DNA from: Escherichia coli
Lineage (GTDB): Bacteria; Pseudomonadota; Gammaproteobacteria; Enterobacterales; Enterobacteriaceae
Assembly (NCBI RefSeq): GCF_030013595.1
Contig: NZ_CP122768.1
DNA: 64,000 nt
Strand: one strand, 5' to 3'
Shown here: in pieces, positions 52,991 through 62,027 of the stretch
Layout: each line of letters opens with the position of its first letter
Position numbering within the stretch: the stretch's first letter is position 1
Notes under the pieces: generated by a model
Databases searched by the model: none
What the model was told of the DNA's origin: nothing
What the model saw: only the letters and a program-made list of their open reading frames with translations
Position numbers and translations under genes: made by a program

Positions 52991-53074
52991 GGTTTAATTG
53001 TAGGGAGCATTGCAAATATAATTTGTAATTACAGTTATGATTTGTAATGATGGCGCGGACACAAGGAGTCCATA
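52991..53074. promoter_or_regulatory. OR-like operator/promoter region between the divergent repressor and cro-like genes
   Basis: Perfect palindrome TGTAATTACA (53024..53033), near-palindrome CAAATATAATTTG, repeated ATTTGTAAT; SD aaggag for cro. Confidence 0.45.
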
Positions 53075-53304
53075 TGGATAAACAACTGCAAGACAAAATT
53101 CTTTCCGTAATGAGTCAATCCGAGTTAGGGCGGCGATTAGGGAAAAAACCACAAACGGTAAGCCTCTGGTTCAAAGGAAGGGTTCCCGGTGAAGAGGTTT
53201 TGCGCACATCTGAAGCTCTTGAATGGCGCGTGACCCCCCATGATCTTAGACCGGATCTTTACCCAAACCCAGATGACAGCTTGCCTAAAACGAAAGCAGC
53301 TTAA
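53075..53304 (+). CDS. Cro/YdaS-like HTH protein (start MDKQLQDKIL)
   Basis: HTH SQSELGRRLGKKPQTVSLWFKG; SD aaggag 5 nt upstream. Confidence 0.65.
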
Positions 53305-53362
53305 CTGTTGGTGAGCCCCAAATCTGATTAAGCGTAATCAATTTTTAGCGACAGGAGACGCT

Positions 53363-53839
53363 ATGGAAAACCAAGAGGAATTACAAAAAGAGATTTTGAC
53401 CTGGGCGGCAAGGGCAGGGCAGGAACTCGTCACGATTGAAATCTGCCGGGCCTGGTTCAGTCAGGGACGCAATGATGAGTTGAGACTACATGAATTTGAG
53501 GACGCGGACGGCAATGTGGACTGGAGAGCCATCAACAACAATCGGCAGAAAATCTTTCGCTGGTTACGTGGCGAGACAACGGCGGCGCGCCGAAAAACTC
53601 AGGTGCTGGCCAGTGTGATGAAAGCCGTGCTACCCGCAGAACGGCGGGCGCGTCTGGAGTCGCCGGGCGATCCCGTTTTGCTGGCAACGCTGGCGGCAAA
53701 AGAAGGGGTGGAAGCGATTAACGCTGTACATCTCCACTTCGCGCCAGAGATAACTATTCAGGAAATTGACGAAGCAATAGCGGCGCTGGTAGCGACGCGA
53801 GGGGCAGTGATAAGCACTGCGCAAGGCCATCATGCATGA
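53363..53839 (+). CDS. YdaT-family (CII-like) regulator
   Basis: KIFRWLRGETTAARRKTQVLASVMKAVLP resembles Rac YdaT IYHRWLKGETKTQREKIQKLIPAILAILP. Confidence 0.6.
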   Translation: MENQEELQKEILTWAARAGQELVTIEICRAWFSQGRNDELRLHEFEDADGNVDWRAINNNRQKIFRWLRGETTAARRKTQVLASVMKAVLPAERRARLESPGDPVLLATLAAKEGVEAINAVHLHFAPEITIQEIDEAIAALVATRGAVISTAQGHHA

Positions 53840-53878
53840 GCGCCTGACCAGCGTTTAACTTATACCGAGGAAAGACCG

Positions 53879-54103
53879 ATGTTAAGACATATTGACCGCA
53901 TTACCTGGCGTAACGGCTGGCACCTGAATGGACGCCCGGCACATGTTGCAGAGATCCAACCTATTTTTGATGGGCGTATGGCTGCCGCGCTTTCGGTGTG
54001 GGAGCAGTATGAATCCAGGAAGGTCGAGTTGCGCGACAAAGGGCTGAGCAATGCGGACTATGAAGCCGGTTGTCGTCAGATAGCCGAAGCTCTGGAGATC
54101 TGA
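53879..54103 (+). CDS. hypothetical phage protein
   Basis: 74-aa ORF; stop 2 nt before the O-like start. Confidence 0.4.
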   Translation: MLRHIDRITWRNGWHLNGRPAHVAEIQPIFDGRMAAALSVWEQYESRKVELRDKGLSNADYEAGCRQIAEALEI

Positions 54104-54105
54104 GT

Positions 54106-55182
54106 ATGAGTCGTTTGCTGATTAACGAAAACCCCCTTCAGGTCCTGCCCACGTTGGCATGCACTATAGGGTTGAATGAAGCCATCGTTCTACAGCAAAT
54201 CCACTACTGGCTGAATTCATCTCAAAATTTCTTCGAAAATCGCCACTGGGTGTACAACAGTGTGACCGATTGGCAAGAACAATTCCCGTTCTGGAGCGAG
54301 TCGACAATAAAACGCGTGCTGGCCAATCTGGAAAAATTGAATGTGGTATTTACTGGGAACTTTAACAGTGATGCCTGGGATAAAACCAAGTGGTATTCAA
54401 TCAATTATGCCCAGTTATGTAAGATTGAAGAGACAACATTCCCTGTGGCCAATCGATTAGGTCAAGTTGACCCAATCGAAGAGGTCAATGTGACCCAAGC
54501 ATCAGGTCAAGTTGACCCATGCGCTAAGGTCAAAATGACCCAATCTCTTACAGAGAATACAACAGAGAGTACTACAGAGAGTACTACAGAGATAAAAGAT
54601 CCCCCTTACCCCCAAAAGGGGGAGGGCGAGGAAATCATTCTCGCTGACGCTCAAAAAGCTCTGAACTACTACAACGAGAAAGTCGGTACACGCTGCCGCG
54701 ACGTTAAACCGTTTGTCATGCTGCTGACTGCCACCACCACCCGCGCTGGTTACAGCGTGGCTGAGATTCAGTTAGTAATTCGTTGGGTTATTGCGACATG
54801 GCGCCGTCGTAGCGGAAGCGTGCCGAAACCTGCGAACATTTGCCGCGTAAACCGGTTTGACGGATATCTGGCTGACGCTGAGGCGTGGGCCACTGCTGAG
54901 GCTGCCGTTGACCCTGCTGAAGTTGTGAAGGGCTACAACGAGATTCTGGGCGACCTGCTACCTATAGCTGAAATTGATACTGACCGCCGTCGGGCAATCC
55001 TGCGCCTGCTGGCACATATGCGCACGCAAACTCTTGGCGCATTTATCGGCTACTTCGAAAAATTCCGCGATAACGCCCCAGACTTCTATTTCGGCGGCGA
55101 ATATCGCACCGGCTGGCGGGCAGGGTTTGATTACCTGATGAAGCCAGAAACACTGCGTAAAACCAGGGAAGGGGCATTATGA
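54106..55182 (+). CDS. replication initiator, lambda O-like (replisome-organiser N-terminal domain, Thr/Glu-rich linker, C-terminal domain)
   Basis: Contains internal ori iterons; followed and overlapped by a DnaB-type helicase gene. Confidence 0.65.
   Translation: MSRLLINENPLQVLPTLACTIGLNEAIVLQQIHYWLNSSQNFFENRHWVYNSVTDWQEQFPFWSESTIKRVLANLEKLNVVFTGNFNSDAWDKTKWYSINYAQLCKIEETTFPVANRLGQVDPIEEVNVTQASGQVDPCAKVKMTQSLTENTTESTTESTTEIKDPPYPQKGEGEEIILADAQKALNYYNEKVGTRCRDVKPFVMLLTATTTRAGYSVAEIQLVIRWVIATWRRRSGSVPKPANICRVNRFDGYLADAEAWATAEAAVDPAEVVKGYNEILGDLLPIAEIDTDRRRAILRLLAHMRTQTLGAFIGYFEKFRDNAPDFYFGGEYRTGWRAGFDYLMKPETLRKTREGAL
54460..54542. repeat. origin iterons: 4 x GGTCAA-NN-TGACCCA (15 bp, each an inverted repeat) at 22-23 bp spacing inside the O-like gene
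   Basis: Copies at 54460, 54483, 54505, 54528; followed by an AT-richer segment with 2 x ACAGAGAGTACT tandem repeats (54558..54595). Confidence 0.65.
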
Positions 55183-56570
55183 ATCCAGAAGAACTGGAAG
55201 CGATCGTTCTCGCTGGTCTGATTAACGGTGGCGCGACGCCTGACGCGTTTGATGTGATTGCCACTACTCCGGAGGAAGCCTTCAGCATCGTGTTTCACCG
55301 TCGCGCTTTCAGCGAAATCAAAAAGCAGGCACTGGCGAACGGCATGATCGACATGTTGTTTATCAGCGAAGCGCTGGGCGGTTCCAGCCTTGCGGATCTG
55401 TCTCAAATATCCCGGATCCCGGCAACGGTACCGAATCTGAAAGGCTATGCCGGGAAAATGGTGCGGGCATGGCGGAGCCGCAAAATGGCGGCATTGTTGC
55501 AATCTGGCGCGGATGGTATCCGTAACGCTGTAAACCAGAGTCAGCGTGATGAGGTTATTGAATCTCATGTTGCTCAGGTGCTGGATATGAGCGCCGCTAC
55601 CGGCACAGTCCAGCCGGTACACATCAAAGAGCTGTTACCGCTCTACATTGACACCGTTGATAAACGGATGTCTGGCGACGCGCAGGAAATGATGCTGAAA
55701 ACCGGAGTCGAGGATCTGGATGTCGCCCTGGGCGGTATCAACATGACCGACCTTGTTGTGGTTGCCGGTCGTCCAGGCATGGGGAAAACGGAATTTACCC
55801 TGAAGATTATCGATGGCGTTACCGCAGATGGCGGCGGCGCACTGTTTTTCAGCATGGAAATGGGCGCTCAGCAGATTGTTGAACGTACCGTTGCCGGGGC
55901 TGGGAATATGTCCACGTCGCGTCTGCGTAATCCAAAAGAAATGGACGATGAGGATTTGACCAGATTAACCGCCGCGCTTGCAATCATGCAGGATCGCGAT
56001 ATCTGGATTGTTGATGCCACTGATTTGACGATTGAGCAGATCCGCGCCATTGCAGAGACTCATAAACGCCGTTATCCGCACCTGAAGTTGATTGGTGTTG
56101 ATTACATGGGCCTGATCAAAAAACCGAAGGCCGAGCGCCACGATCTCGCTGTCGGGCATATCTCCCGCAACATGAAGACTATGGCCATGCGTCTGCATAC
56201 CCCTGTTTTTGCTCTTAGCCAGCTTTCCCGCCAGGTGGATTCTCGACCTGCTGGCCAGCGTCGCCCGGTGATGTCGGACCTGCGCGATTCCGGCAGTGTT
56301 GAGCAGGACGCTGACAGCATTTTGTTTTTGTACCGCGATGAAGTTTACACACCTGATTCACCTGCAAAGGGTATCGCCGAGGTGATTATCGGTAAAAACC
56401 GTTCTGGCGGGGCAGGTGAAATTATTTATCAGGAATTCCGGAATGGGCATTTCCTGCCAATTGATCAACACGTAGCACGCGAAAAATTACGCATCCAGAA
56501 GGAGGCAGAGCAACCGAGAAAACGTGAAAAACGGTATTCAAACAAAAACTTTAATACGGACCCATTTTAA
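55179..56570 (+). CDS. phage replicative DNA helicase (DnaB family)
   Basis: 463 aa, Walker A GRPGMGKT, DnaB C-terminal motifs. Confidence 0.8.
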   Translation: MNPEELEAIVLAGLINGGATPDAFDVIATTPEEAFSIVFHRRAFSEIKKQALANGMIDMLFISEALGGSSLADLSQISRIPATVPNLKGYAGKMVRAWRSRKMAALLQSGADGIRNAVNQSQRDEVIESHVAQVLDMSAATGTVQPVHIKELLPLYIDTVDKRMSGDAQEMMLKTGVEDLDVALGGINMTDLVVVAGRPGMGKTEFTLKIIDGVTADGGGALFFSMEMGAQQIVERTVAGAGNMSTSRLRNPKEMDDEDLTRLTAALAIMQDRDIWIVDATDLTIEQIRAIAETHKRRYPHLKLIGVDYMGLIKKPKAERHDLAVGHISRNMKTMAMRLHTPVFALSQLSRQVDSRPAGQRRPVMSDLRDSGSVEQDADSILFLYRDEVYTPDSPAKGIAEVIIGKNRSGGAGEIIYQEFRNGHFLPIDQHVAREKLRIQKEAEQPRKREKRYSNKNFNTDPF

Positions 56571-56608
56571 CCACGCATGACCAGCGTGAAATAACCGAGG
56601 AAAGACCA

Positions 56609-57019
56609 ATGACCACCATTTCAGGCAAATTAGAGTACCCGTCGGACAAAGGACACATAGACGACGGTAAAAACTATCTCGACGTCATTTTGTGGAATAT
56701 GAACGCCGGGCCACGTGCGCGCACTCGTGCGGTTTTTGTACCAAGACCCAAAGCAGGCAATTTTTCAACACCAGCTCAGCCTGCCCGTCAGGCATCCGTA
56801 GCCGCAGCGCCAGCAGTGAAATGTAAGGGTAAAACGCACATCGGGATCGCGATTCGCAGAAATGGTGAGCGGCAAGTGAAACTCCACGAAACAGCGACAA
56901 CCTGGTGTGCTTCACCGCATGAAACTTACGACAAGATAACCGGGCAGCGCATTGGTGCGCCTGGTCGCTGTCGCCTGCTGTTGAGCTCCATCACTCCGAT
57001 AGAAAAGAAAGGGGCGTGA
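56609..57019 (+). CDS. hypothetical phage protein
   Basis: 136-aa ORF with SD gaggaaag. Confidence 0.4.
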   Translation: MTTISGKLEYPSDKGHIDDGKNYLDVILWNMNAGPRARTRAVFVPRPKAGNFSTPAQPARQASVAAAPAVKCKGKTHIGIAIRRNGERQVKLHETATTWCASPHETYDKITGQRIGAPGRCRLLLSSITPIEKKGA

Positions 57020-57020
57020 T

Positions 57021-57257
57021 ATGACCGGGCAATCAGATTACCTGCCGCCCGGCTTACCACACAACCGCGCCAAATGGCCCCAGGAATACCAGCTTAAAGA
57101 GCACTACGACATGCGAGCGGCGGCGCTGATCCGCCAACTCTTTGAGAAACGTATTCCGAGGGGAAGCGTGATTGAGCAAATCGGAATGACGCCGGATACA
57201 TACCGGGAATTTTTCAGAGAGCGTCTGAACTACTGGAGAGGGGTGATGGAACAATGA
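57021..57257 (+). CDS. hypothetical phage protein
   Basis: 78-aa ORF tightly packed in the operon. Confidence 0.35.
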   Translation: MTGQSDYLPPGLPHNRAKWPQEYQLKEHYDMRAAALIRQLFEKRIPRGSVIEQIGMTPDTYREFFRERLNYWRGVMEQ

Positions 57258-57565
57258 AATACAAACGGTGGGTGCGTGCGGAAGTCGTAATCATCAAACA
57301 ATGTGCAGGCAGCATGACAGTTGAACGTATAGGGCAGCTTATTGGCAGAACCGGTGCAGCGGTACGCACAAAAGCGCGCGAGCTGAAAATCTGTATGTAT
57401 CTGCGGGGTAATTATCATCAGTCAGCGAAATACTGCCAGGAGGATATCGAGCTGGCAAGGGAATTACATCAGTCGGGTATTAATCGCCAGGATATCGCGG
57501 AAAAACTCGAAATGCCGATCGGAGCGGTGAATCAGTTTGTTTATTTTGAGCGGAGGATTTCATGA
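57254..57565 (+). CDS. hypothetical phage protein, possible HTH
   Basis: 103 aa, overlapping start/stop with neighbours. Confidence 0.4.
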   Translation: MKYKRWVRAEVVIIKQCAGSMTVERIGQLIGRTGAAVRTKARELKICMYLRGNYHQSAKYCQEDIELARELHQSGINRQDIAEKLEMPIGAVNQFVYFERRIS

Positions 57566-57786
57566 AAGAACTTTTTCTGGCATTTGTGCCCCGGTTTATT
57601 AATGACCAGATCGCACTGACTAATAATGGTGAACAATATGAAATTGCCTGCAGCATGGTGGATGTGAATCCTGGCGAACGGTATGACGCGATGTGTGACC
57701 TGAAAATATTTACCTGGCTGGGTTGGGCTATTCCGTGTGGAGAACCAACCAATATTCGCCCATTTGAGAGCAGGGAGGCTGTATGA
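57562..57786 (+). CDS. hypothetical phage protein
   Basis: 74-aa ORF, ATGA overlap. Confidence 0.3.
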   Translation: MKELFLAFVPRFINDQIALTNNGEQYEIACSMVDVNPGERYDAMCDLKIFTWLGWAIPCGEPTNIRPFESREAV

Positions 57787-57949
57787 GTGAATTGAAAATA
57801 CGAATGAACCCAAGTCGCAAGGCGATCAAATTTGCGCAGTGTGTCTTGCAGATGGCTGAAGGTGAATGTTATATAAAAGAGTGTCATGGATAACAAGGCA
57901 CTCACTATCAATGATTATCTGTTAAAAAAGCAATCGACAAGGAGTTGAA

Positions 57950-58207
57950 ATGCAGACTCAATTAAAGGTTAAAGGCGGTTATAGTCATTTTTTCTTCGCC
58001 AATATTGAAGTCTCACAAAGAGAGTCAAATGGCGGTTTGGTTGTCGTTAGGGATGTTAATATACCTATTACAACAACAACTCTCTCTCTGTTAGAGAATT
58101 ACGCTGTAGGGCAGGTGTTGACGTTAGAACAAAAGAATGGCGATTTTTTTGATGTGTATTACGTTGGAACTGATGGGAATAACTTTCAGTTTTCAACGCA
58201 CTGCTAA
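57950..58207 (+). CDS. hypothetical phage protein; its 3' end and downstream hairpin are duplicated at 63186..63420
   Basis: 85 aa with SD aaggag; followed by hairpin ggccctg-tgagc-agggcc. Confidence 0.4.
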   Translation: MQTQLKVKGGYSHFFFANIEVSQRESNGGLVVVRDVNIPITTTTLSLLENYAVGQVLTLEQKNGDFFDVYYVGTDGNNFQFSTHC

Positions 58208-58355
58208 TTTATCAAGGCCCTGTGAGCAGGGCCTTCGAAAGCCTACTAAAGTCTGTTTCATAGAGAGAGTTATTTGCGATTAAAAAGGTATTTGGTCACG
58301 ACCAGCACGATAGAGAATACATCTTTCAAAGTACCGCCCATATAAAACAGTTACA
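58118..58355 (+). repeat. direct repeat copy A (~235 bp, roughly 80-85% identical to 63186..63420) bracketing the cargo segment
   Basis: Shared blocks ttgacgttagaacaaaa...atttttttg.gatgt.tattacgttgga..tgatggga...ctaaagtctgtttcatagagagagtta.ttgcg.ttaaaaaggtatttggtcacgacca.cacga. Confidence 0.6.
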
Positions 58356-58479
58356 TATGCACTTGATGACTAAGCTGGCACCAGGTTAACACCATGCGCC
58401 AGCTTGAAGGAGACTTCAGTTATTGGTTTCTGAGGAAAGCGATTCTTGAAAGGGTCATTTGCGTCTGGCAGTCGACCAT

Positions 58480-58527
58480 TTTCTTGACTTCAGCATCTGT
58501 TCCTTTCTTGACTTCAGCATCTGTTCC
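58480..58527. repeat. perfect 24-bp tandem duplication (tttcttgacttcagcatctgttcc x2), encoding GTDAEVKK x2 in the lipoprotein
   Basis: Read directly from the sequence. Confidence 0.8.
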
Positions 58528-58649
58528 CTGCATTGAAACTTTACCGCACATAGCATCCTTAGTTTTGATCCACTGGCGCTGAGAAGGCAGCAACTTGAAC
58601 CGCCCCGGAAATCCTGGAGACTAAACTCCCTGAGAAAGAGGTAAACAGG

Positions 58650-58976
58650 ATGACTAAAAATACTCGTTTTTCCCCCGAAGTCCGTCAGCGGGCGATTCGT
58701 ATGGTTCTGGAAAGTCAGGATGAATATGACTCACAGTGGGCGGCAATTTGTTCCATTGCCCCAAAGATTGGCTGTACGCCGGAGACTCTGCGTGTCTGGG
58801 TTCGCCAGCATGAGCGGGATACCGGGGGCGGTGATGGTGGGCTCACCAGCGCTGAACGTCAGCGTCTGAAAGAGCTGGAACGTGAAAATCGTGAACTGCG
58901 CCGCAGTAACGATATCCTTCGCCAGGCTTCCGCTTATTTTGCGAAGGCGGAGTTCGACCGCCTCTGGAAAAAATGA
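58650..58976 (+). CDS. IS629 OrfA (HTH transposase accessory)
   Basis: 108 aa, leucine-zipper/HTH typical of IS3 OrfA. Confidence 0.85.
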   Translation: MTKNTRFSPEVRQRAIRMVLESQDEYDSQWAAICSIAPKIGCTPETLRVWVRQHERDTGGGDGGLTSAERQRLKELERENRELRRSNDILRQASAYFAKAEFDRLWKK

Positions 58977-59863
58977 TGCCACTGCTGGATAAGCTGCGTG
59001 AGCAGTACGGGGTCGGACCGGTATGTAGCGAACTGCATATTGCCCCGTCAACGTATTACCATTGTCAGCAACAGCGACATCATCCGGATAAACGCAGTGC
59101 CCGTGCGCAGCACGATGACTGGCTGAAGAAAGAGATACAGCGCGTATACGATGAAAATCACCAGGTATACGGTGTGCGTAAAGTCTGGCGTCAGTTGTTA
59201 CGGGAAGGTATCAGAGTGGCCAGATGCACTGTGGCACGTCTCATGGCAGTTATGGGACTTGCCGGTGTTCTCCGGGGTAAAAAGGTCCGCACTACCGTCA
59301 GCCGGAAAGCCGTTGCCGCAGGCGACCGCGTAAACCGTCAGTTCGTGGCAGAACGACCTGACCAGCTGTGGGTGGCTGATTTTACTTACGTCAGCACATG
59401 GCAGGGCTTCGTCTATGTGGCGTTTATCATTGATGTGTTTGCCGGATACATCGTGGGGTGGCGGGTCTCATCGTCTATGGAAACGACATTCGTGCTGGAT
59501 GCGCTGGAGCAGGCGTTGTGGGCCCGTCGTCCGTCTGGCACCATCCATCACAGCGATAAAGGCTCTCAGTATGTGTCACTGGCCTATACGGAGCGACTAA
59601 AAGAAGCCGGATTACTGGCATCAACAGGGAGTACAGGCGACTCGTATGACAACGCGATGGCTGAGAGCATCAATGGTCTTTACAAAGCGGAGGTAATACA
59701 CCGTAAGAGCTGGAAAAAACGTGCAGAAGTGGAACTGGCCACACTAACGTGGGTGGACTGGTATAACAATCGACGATTGCTGGGAAGGCTGGGCCATACT
59801 CCTCCGGCAGAAGCAGAAAAAGCTTATTATGCTTCCATCGGAAACGATGATCTGGCAGCCTGA
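58973..59863 (+). CDS. IS629 OrfB transposase (DDE; expressed by -1 frameshift with OrfA in IS3 family)
   Basis: 296 aa with DDE residues and rve integrase core. Confidence 0.85.
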   Translation: MMPLLDKLREQYGVGPVCSELHIAPSTYYHCQQQRHHPDKRSARAQHDDWLKKEIQRVYDENHQVYGVRKVWRQLLREGIRVARCTVARLMAVMGLAGVLRGKKVRTTVSRKAVAAGDRVNRQFVAERPDQLWVADFTYVSTWQGFVYVAFIIDVFAGYIVGWRVSSSMETTFVLDALEQALWARRPSGTIHHSDKGSQYVSLAYTERLKEAGLLASTGSTGDSYDNAMAESINGLYKAEVIHRKSWKKRAEVELATLTWVDWYNNRRLLGRLGHTPPAEAEKAYYASIGNDDLAA

Positions 59864-60939
59864 GTTCACAGATAAAACACTCTCCAGGAAACCCGGGGCG
59901 GTTCAACTCTTTTTTCTTCGCCGGGGTTAACTTGCTCCAGACGGTATTCAAATCAGAGTCAGCATTTGCAAATGCCATTCGGGACTGATCAAGGCTTTCA
60001 GATTTTTGCGGCTGAAGTTGTGCCTGCCTCTCTTTTTGCTTCTCCGCCTCATACCTGGCCTGTTCCTGTGCCCTGAGTTGCACCTGTTGTTCCGCTTCAA
60101 TTTGACTCTGTTGGGCATCCTTAGCCTGCTGGATTTTCTGCTGCTCAACGATCGGGTTGATAATGGAAAGCGATGTCAGTAAAGCGGCGCCCACTGATAT
60201 CGGATTATCAGAAGAGGTTTTTACAAAAACGTTTTTCTGATCGTCGGTCGCCTGCACGGTGTAGGTGATACGCCTTGAAAAGGCGTTTGCGTTGTTCTCC
60301 AAAAACAGATTTTCCATTTGCTTATCGAGATTACGATTAAAATTCTTTCTGTAAGCATCTGAAAGCTGGACGTACTCGTTCGCAGGTAGAGTCATCGTCA
60401 CGGTCCCTTCACAAGTTTTCATTGTGCTGCCCGTGTCACTTGATGTTGTGGAGATTTCAGAGACGGCTAGTTTGATCTTGTCCAGTGTGCTTCGTTTGGT
60501 CTGATTAGTGACATCAGGGTATTTATCGACCTGTTCAGAGAGTCCTTCATAAGCAGATTTTTTTAATAAATCCATGAGAGCTGATTGGGTCATTTCCGAA
60601 GAACAACCGATCTCATCTTTTTTGTTATCACAGCCTGTAAGGGCAATGGCGAGTAAGAGTACTGAGTATTTTAATCTCATGAATTCCCTTTAGAGTAAGG
60701 ATTGGTTTTTAAGACGCGGTCTGTAATCAGTTCCGAGAGCTACAGTAAACAACGCTGAGCACTGAACGCATCACAGGCAAGGTAAAAGGTGATATCGGCA
60801 AAGGCTGTGAAACCTTTAATTCAACAGATGGGAACGGTATGCACAGGATCCTGTAACGACGCTCCCAAAACTGGAAACCTGTAAGGCATGTTTTCGCTGC
60901 TGAACTTAATATACGAACCTGCACTATCATGAACATATT

Positions 60940-61436
60940 TTATATCGTTATACCCCGAGTGATTGTGCCCGGCAATGGATAGTGTCCTGGAGGAATTATT
61001 TCTAATGTAAAAGGAAGATATTTAATTTCGATGTGGGATTATTACCTGTCTATAAGAACAATGACTTTATCTGGCAGTAAGCAGACATCTATTAGCTTAC
61101 TGAAGGGGGGCTGTGATTTGACCATTAACGGCATGAGATATATTGTCTATTGGTGATTGTTCTGAGGCCGATATCACGTTAACGACCAAGTAAAATAACA
61201 TGAAAAATTATTTATTAATGATTGCCAGCATTAAATGTAGTGATACCTCATTAGCAGGGTGCTCCGCAATGACTGCGATGAACTAAAAAATCAGTCATAA
61301 CCATGAAAAAAACAAGTGTATCAGCGAAATTAAATCTGGTGAAAGCATTTAATTACTTGTTAATGACGCAATAAAAACATACTATGGAAATGTAACAGCT
61401 AATCTACAGTTCTTGTCAATAGGGGCGCACAAGAAA
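60940..61436. promoter_or_regulatory. ~500-bp AT-rich non-coding spacer carrying divergent promoters for the lipoprotein gene and the NTase/DUF262 cassette
   Basis: No ORF of 60 aa or more; strongly AT-rich. Confidence 0.35.
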
Positions 61437-62027
61437 ATGTTAAATGAATTTAAGGAAAAGCTACTATCCGACGATATCCGCGATGTCTACCAACGATACC
61501 TTTTAGGACATGACATCTGGTATTTTCGGGAACAAAAAAAATCAATAACCTTTGCTAAAGATTATGATGAGTTTAAGCTATATATGTCTAAGAAGCTTGA
61601 AATTCATGTAAATAATATTGCAATTGTTGGAAGTGCTAAGATGGGATTCAGCTTGAGCCCTGATAAAAATTATCGAACATTTAACGATGAGTCAGATATA
61701 GACTTGGTTTTAGTATCCGACAGAATTTATAAATCTTCCTGGATGGCATTTATTGAATTACAATCAAAGAATTATTTGCCTGTATATGCTCCTGTAGCTA
61801 AAAATATTTTCAAAGGATTCGTGTCATTGAAGGAGTTAGATATTAGAGTCGATTTTTTTAATAAATGGTCCCGTAACGTTGAACCATTAAAAAAAGACAT
61901 TCAAACTATTTTTGGAATACCTAACGACATCAACTACAGAATTTATGACTCTTGGGAGTCCGTTGAACGCTATCACATAGCTGGGTTGAATAGTCTAAAA
62001 GATAAGTTACAAGGACAATTGATATGA
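61437..62027 (+). CDS. minimal nucleotidyltransferase-fold protein (Pol-beta superfamily; MNT/SMODS-like), 196 aa from ATG 61437 (ORF track begins at TTG 61413)
   Basis: Motif IAIVGSAKMGFSLSPDKNYRTFNDESDIDLVLV = hhhhGS...SDhDhhhh; low-GC gene. Confidence 0.55.
   Translation: MLNEFKEKLLSDDIRDVYQRYLLGHDIWYFREQKKSITFAKDYDEFKLYMSKKLEIHVNNIAIVGSAKMGFSLSPDKNYRTFNDESDIDLVLVSDRIYKSSWMAFIELQSKNYLPVYAPVAKNIFKGFVSLKELDIRVDFFNKWSRNVEPLKKDIQTIFGIPNDINYRIYDSWESVERYHIAGLNSLKDKLQGQLI

Larger units (their letters stand above)
58596..59905 (+). mobile_element. IS629-like element (IS3 family), 1310 bp, flanked by 3-bp TSD ACT
   Basis: Inverted ends TGAACCGCCCCGG...CCGGGGCGGTTCA; Orf[27 protein letters not shown]...; TSD act at 58593-95 and 59906-08. 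Confidence 0.85.
58420..60680 (-). pseudogene. prophage lipoprotein gene (lipobox LTGC; LprI/DUF1311-like C-terminus) split by IS629; restored ORF is 315 aa
   Basis: 5' part 59906..60680 reads through into the IS; removing the IS and one TSD copy restores ...KKKELLPSQRQWIKTKDAMCGKVSMQGTDAEVKKGTDAEVKKMVDCQTQMTLSRIAFLRNQ*. Confidence 0.6.

Noticed and set aside
54460-54600. CRISPR-like array (short regularly spaced repeats)
   Set aside because: Only 4 inverted-repeat units at 22-23-bp spacing inside a replication-initiator gene, no cas genes; these are ori iterons.
60970-61100. ~41-aa ORF (MWDYYLSIRTMTLSGSKQ...) in the AT-rich spacer upstream of the NTase gene
   Set aside because: Too short, no RBS, AT-rich random ORF likely.
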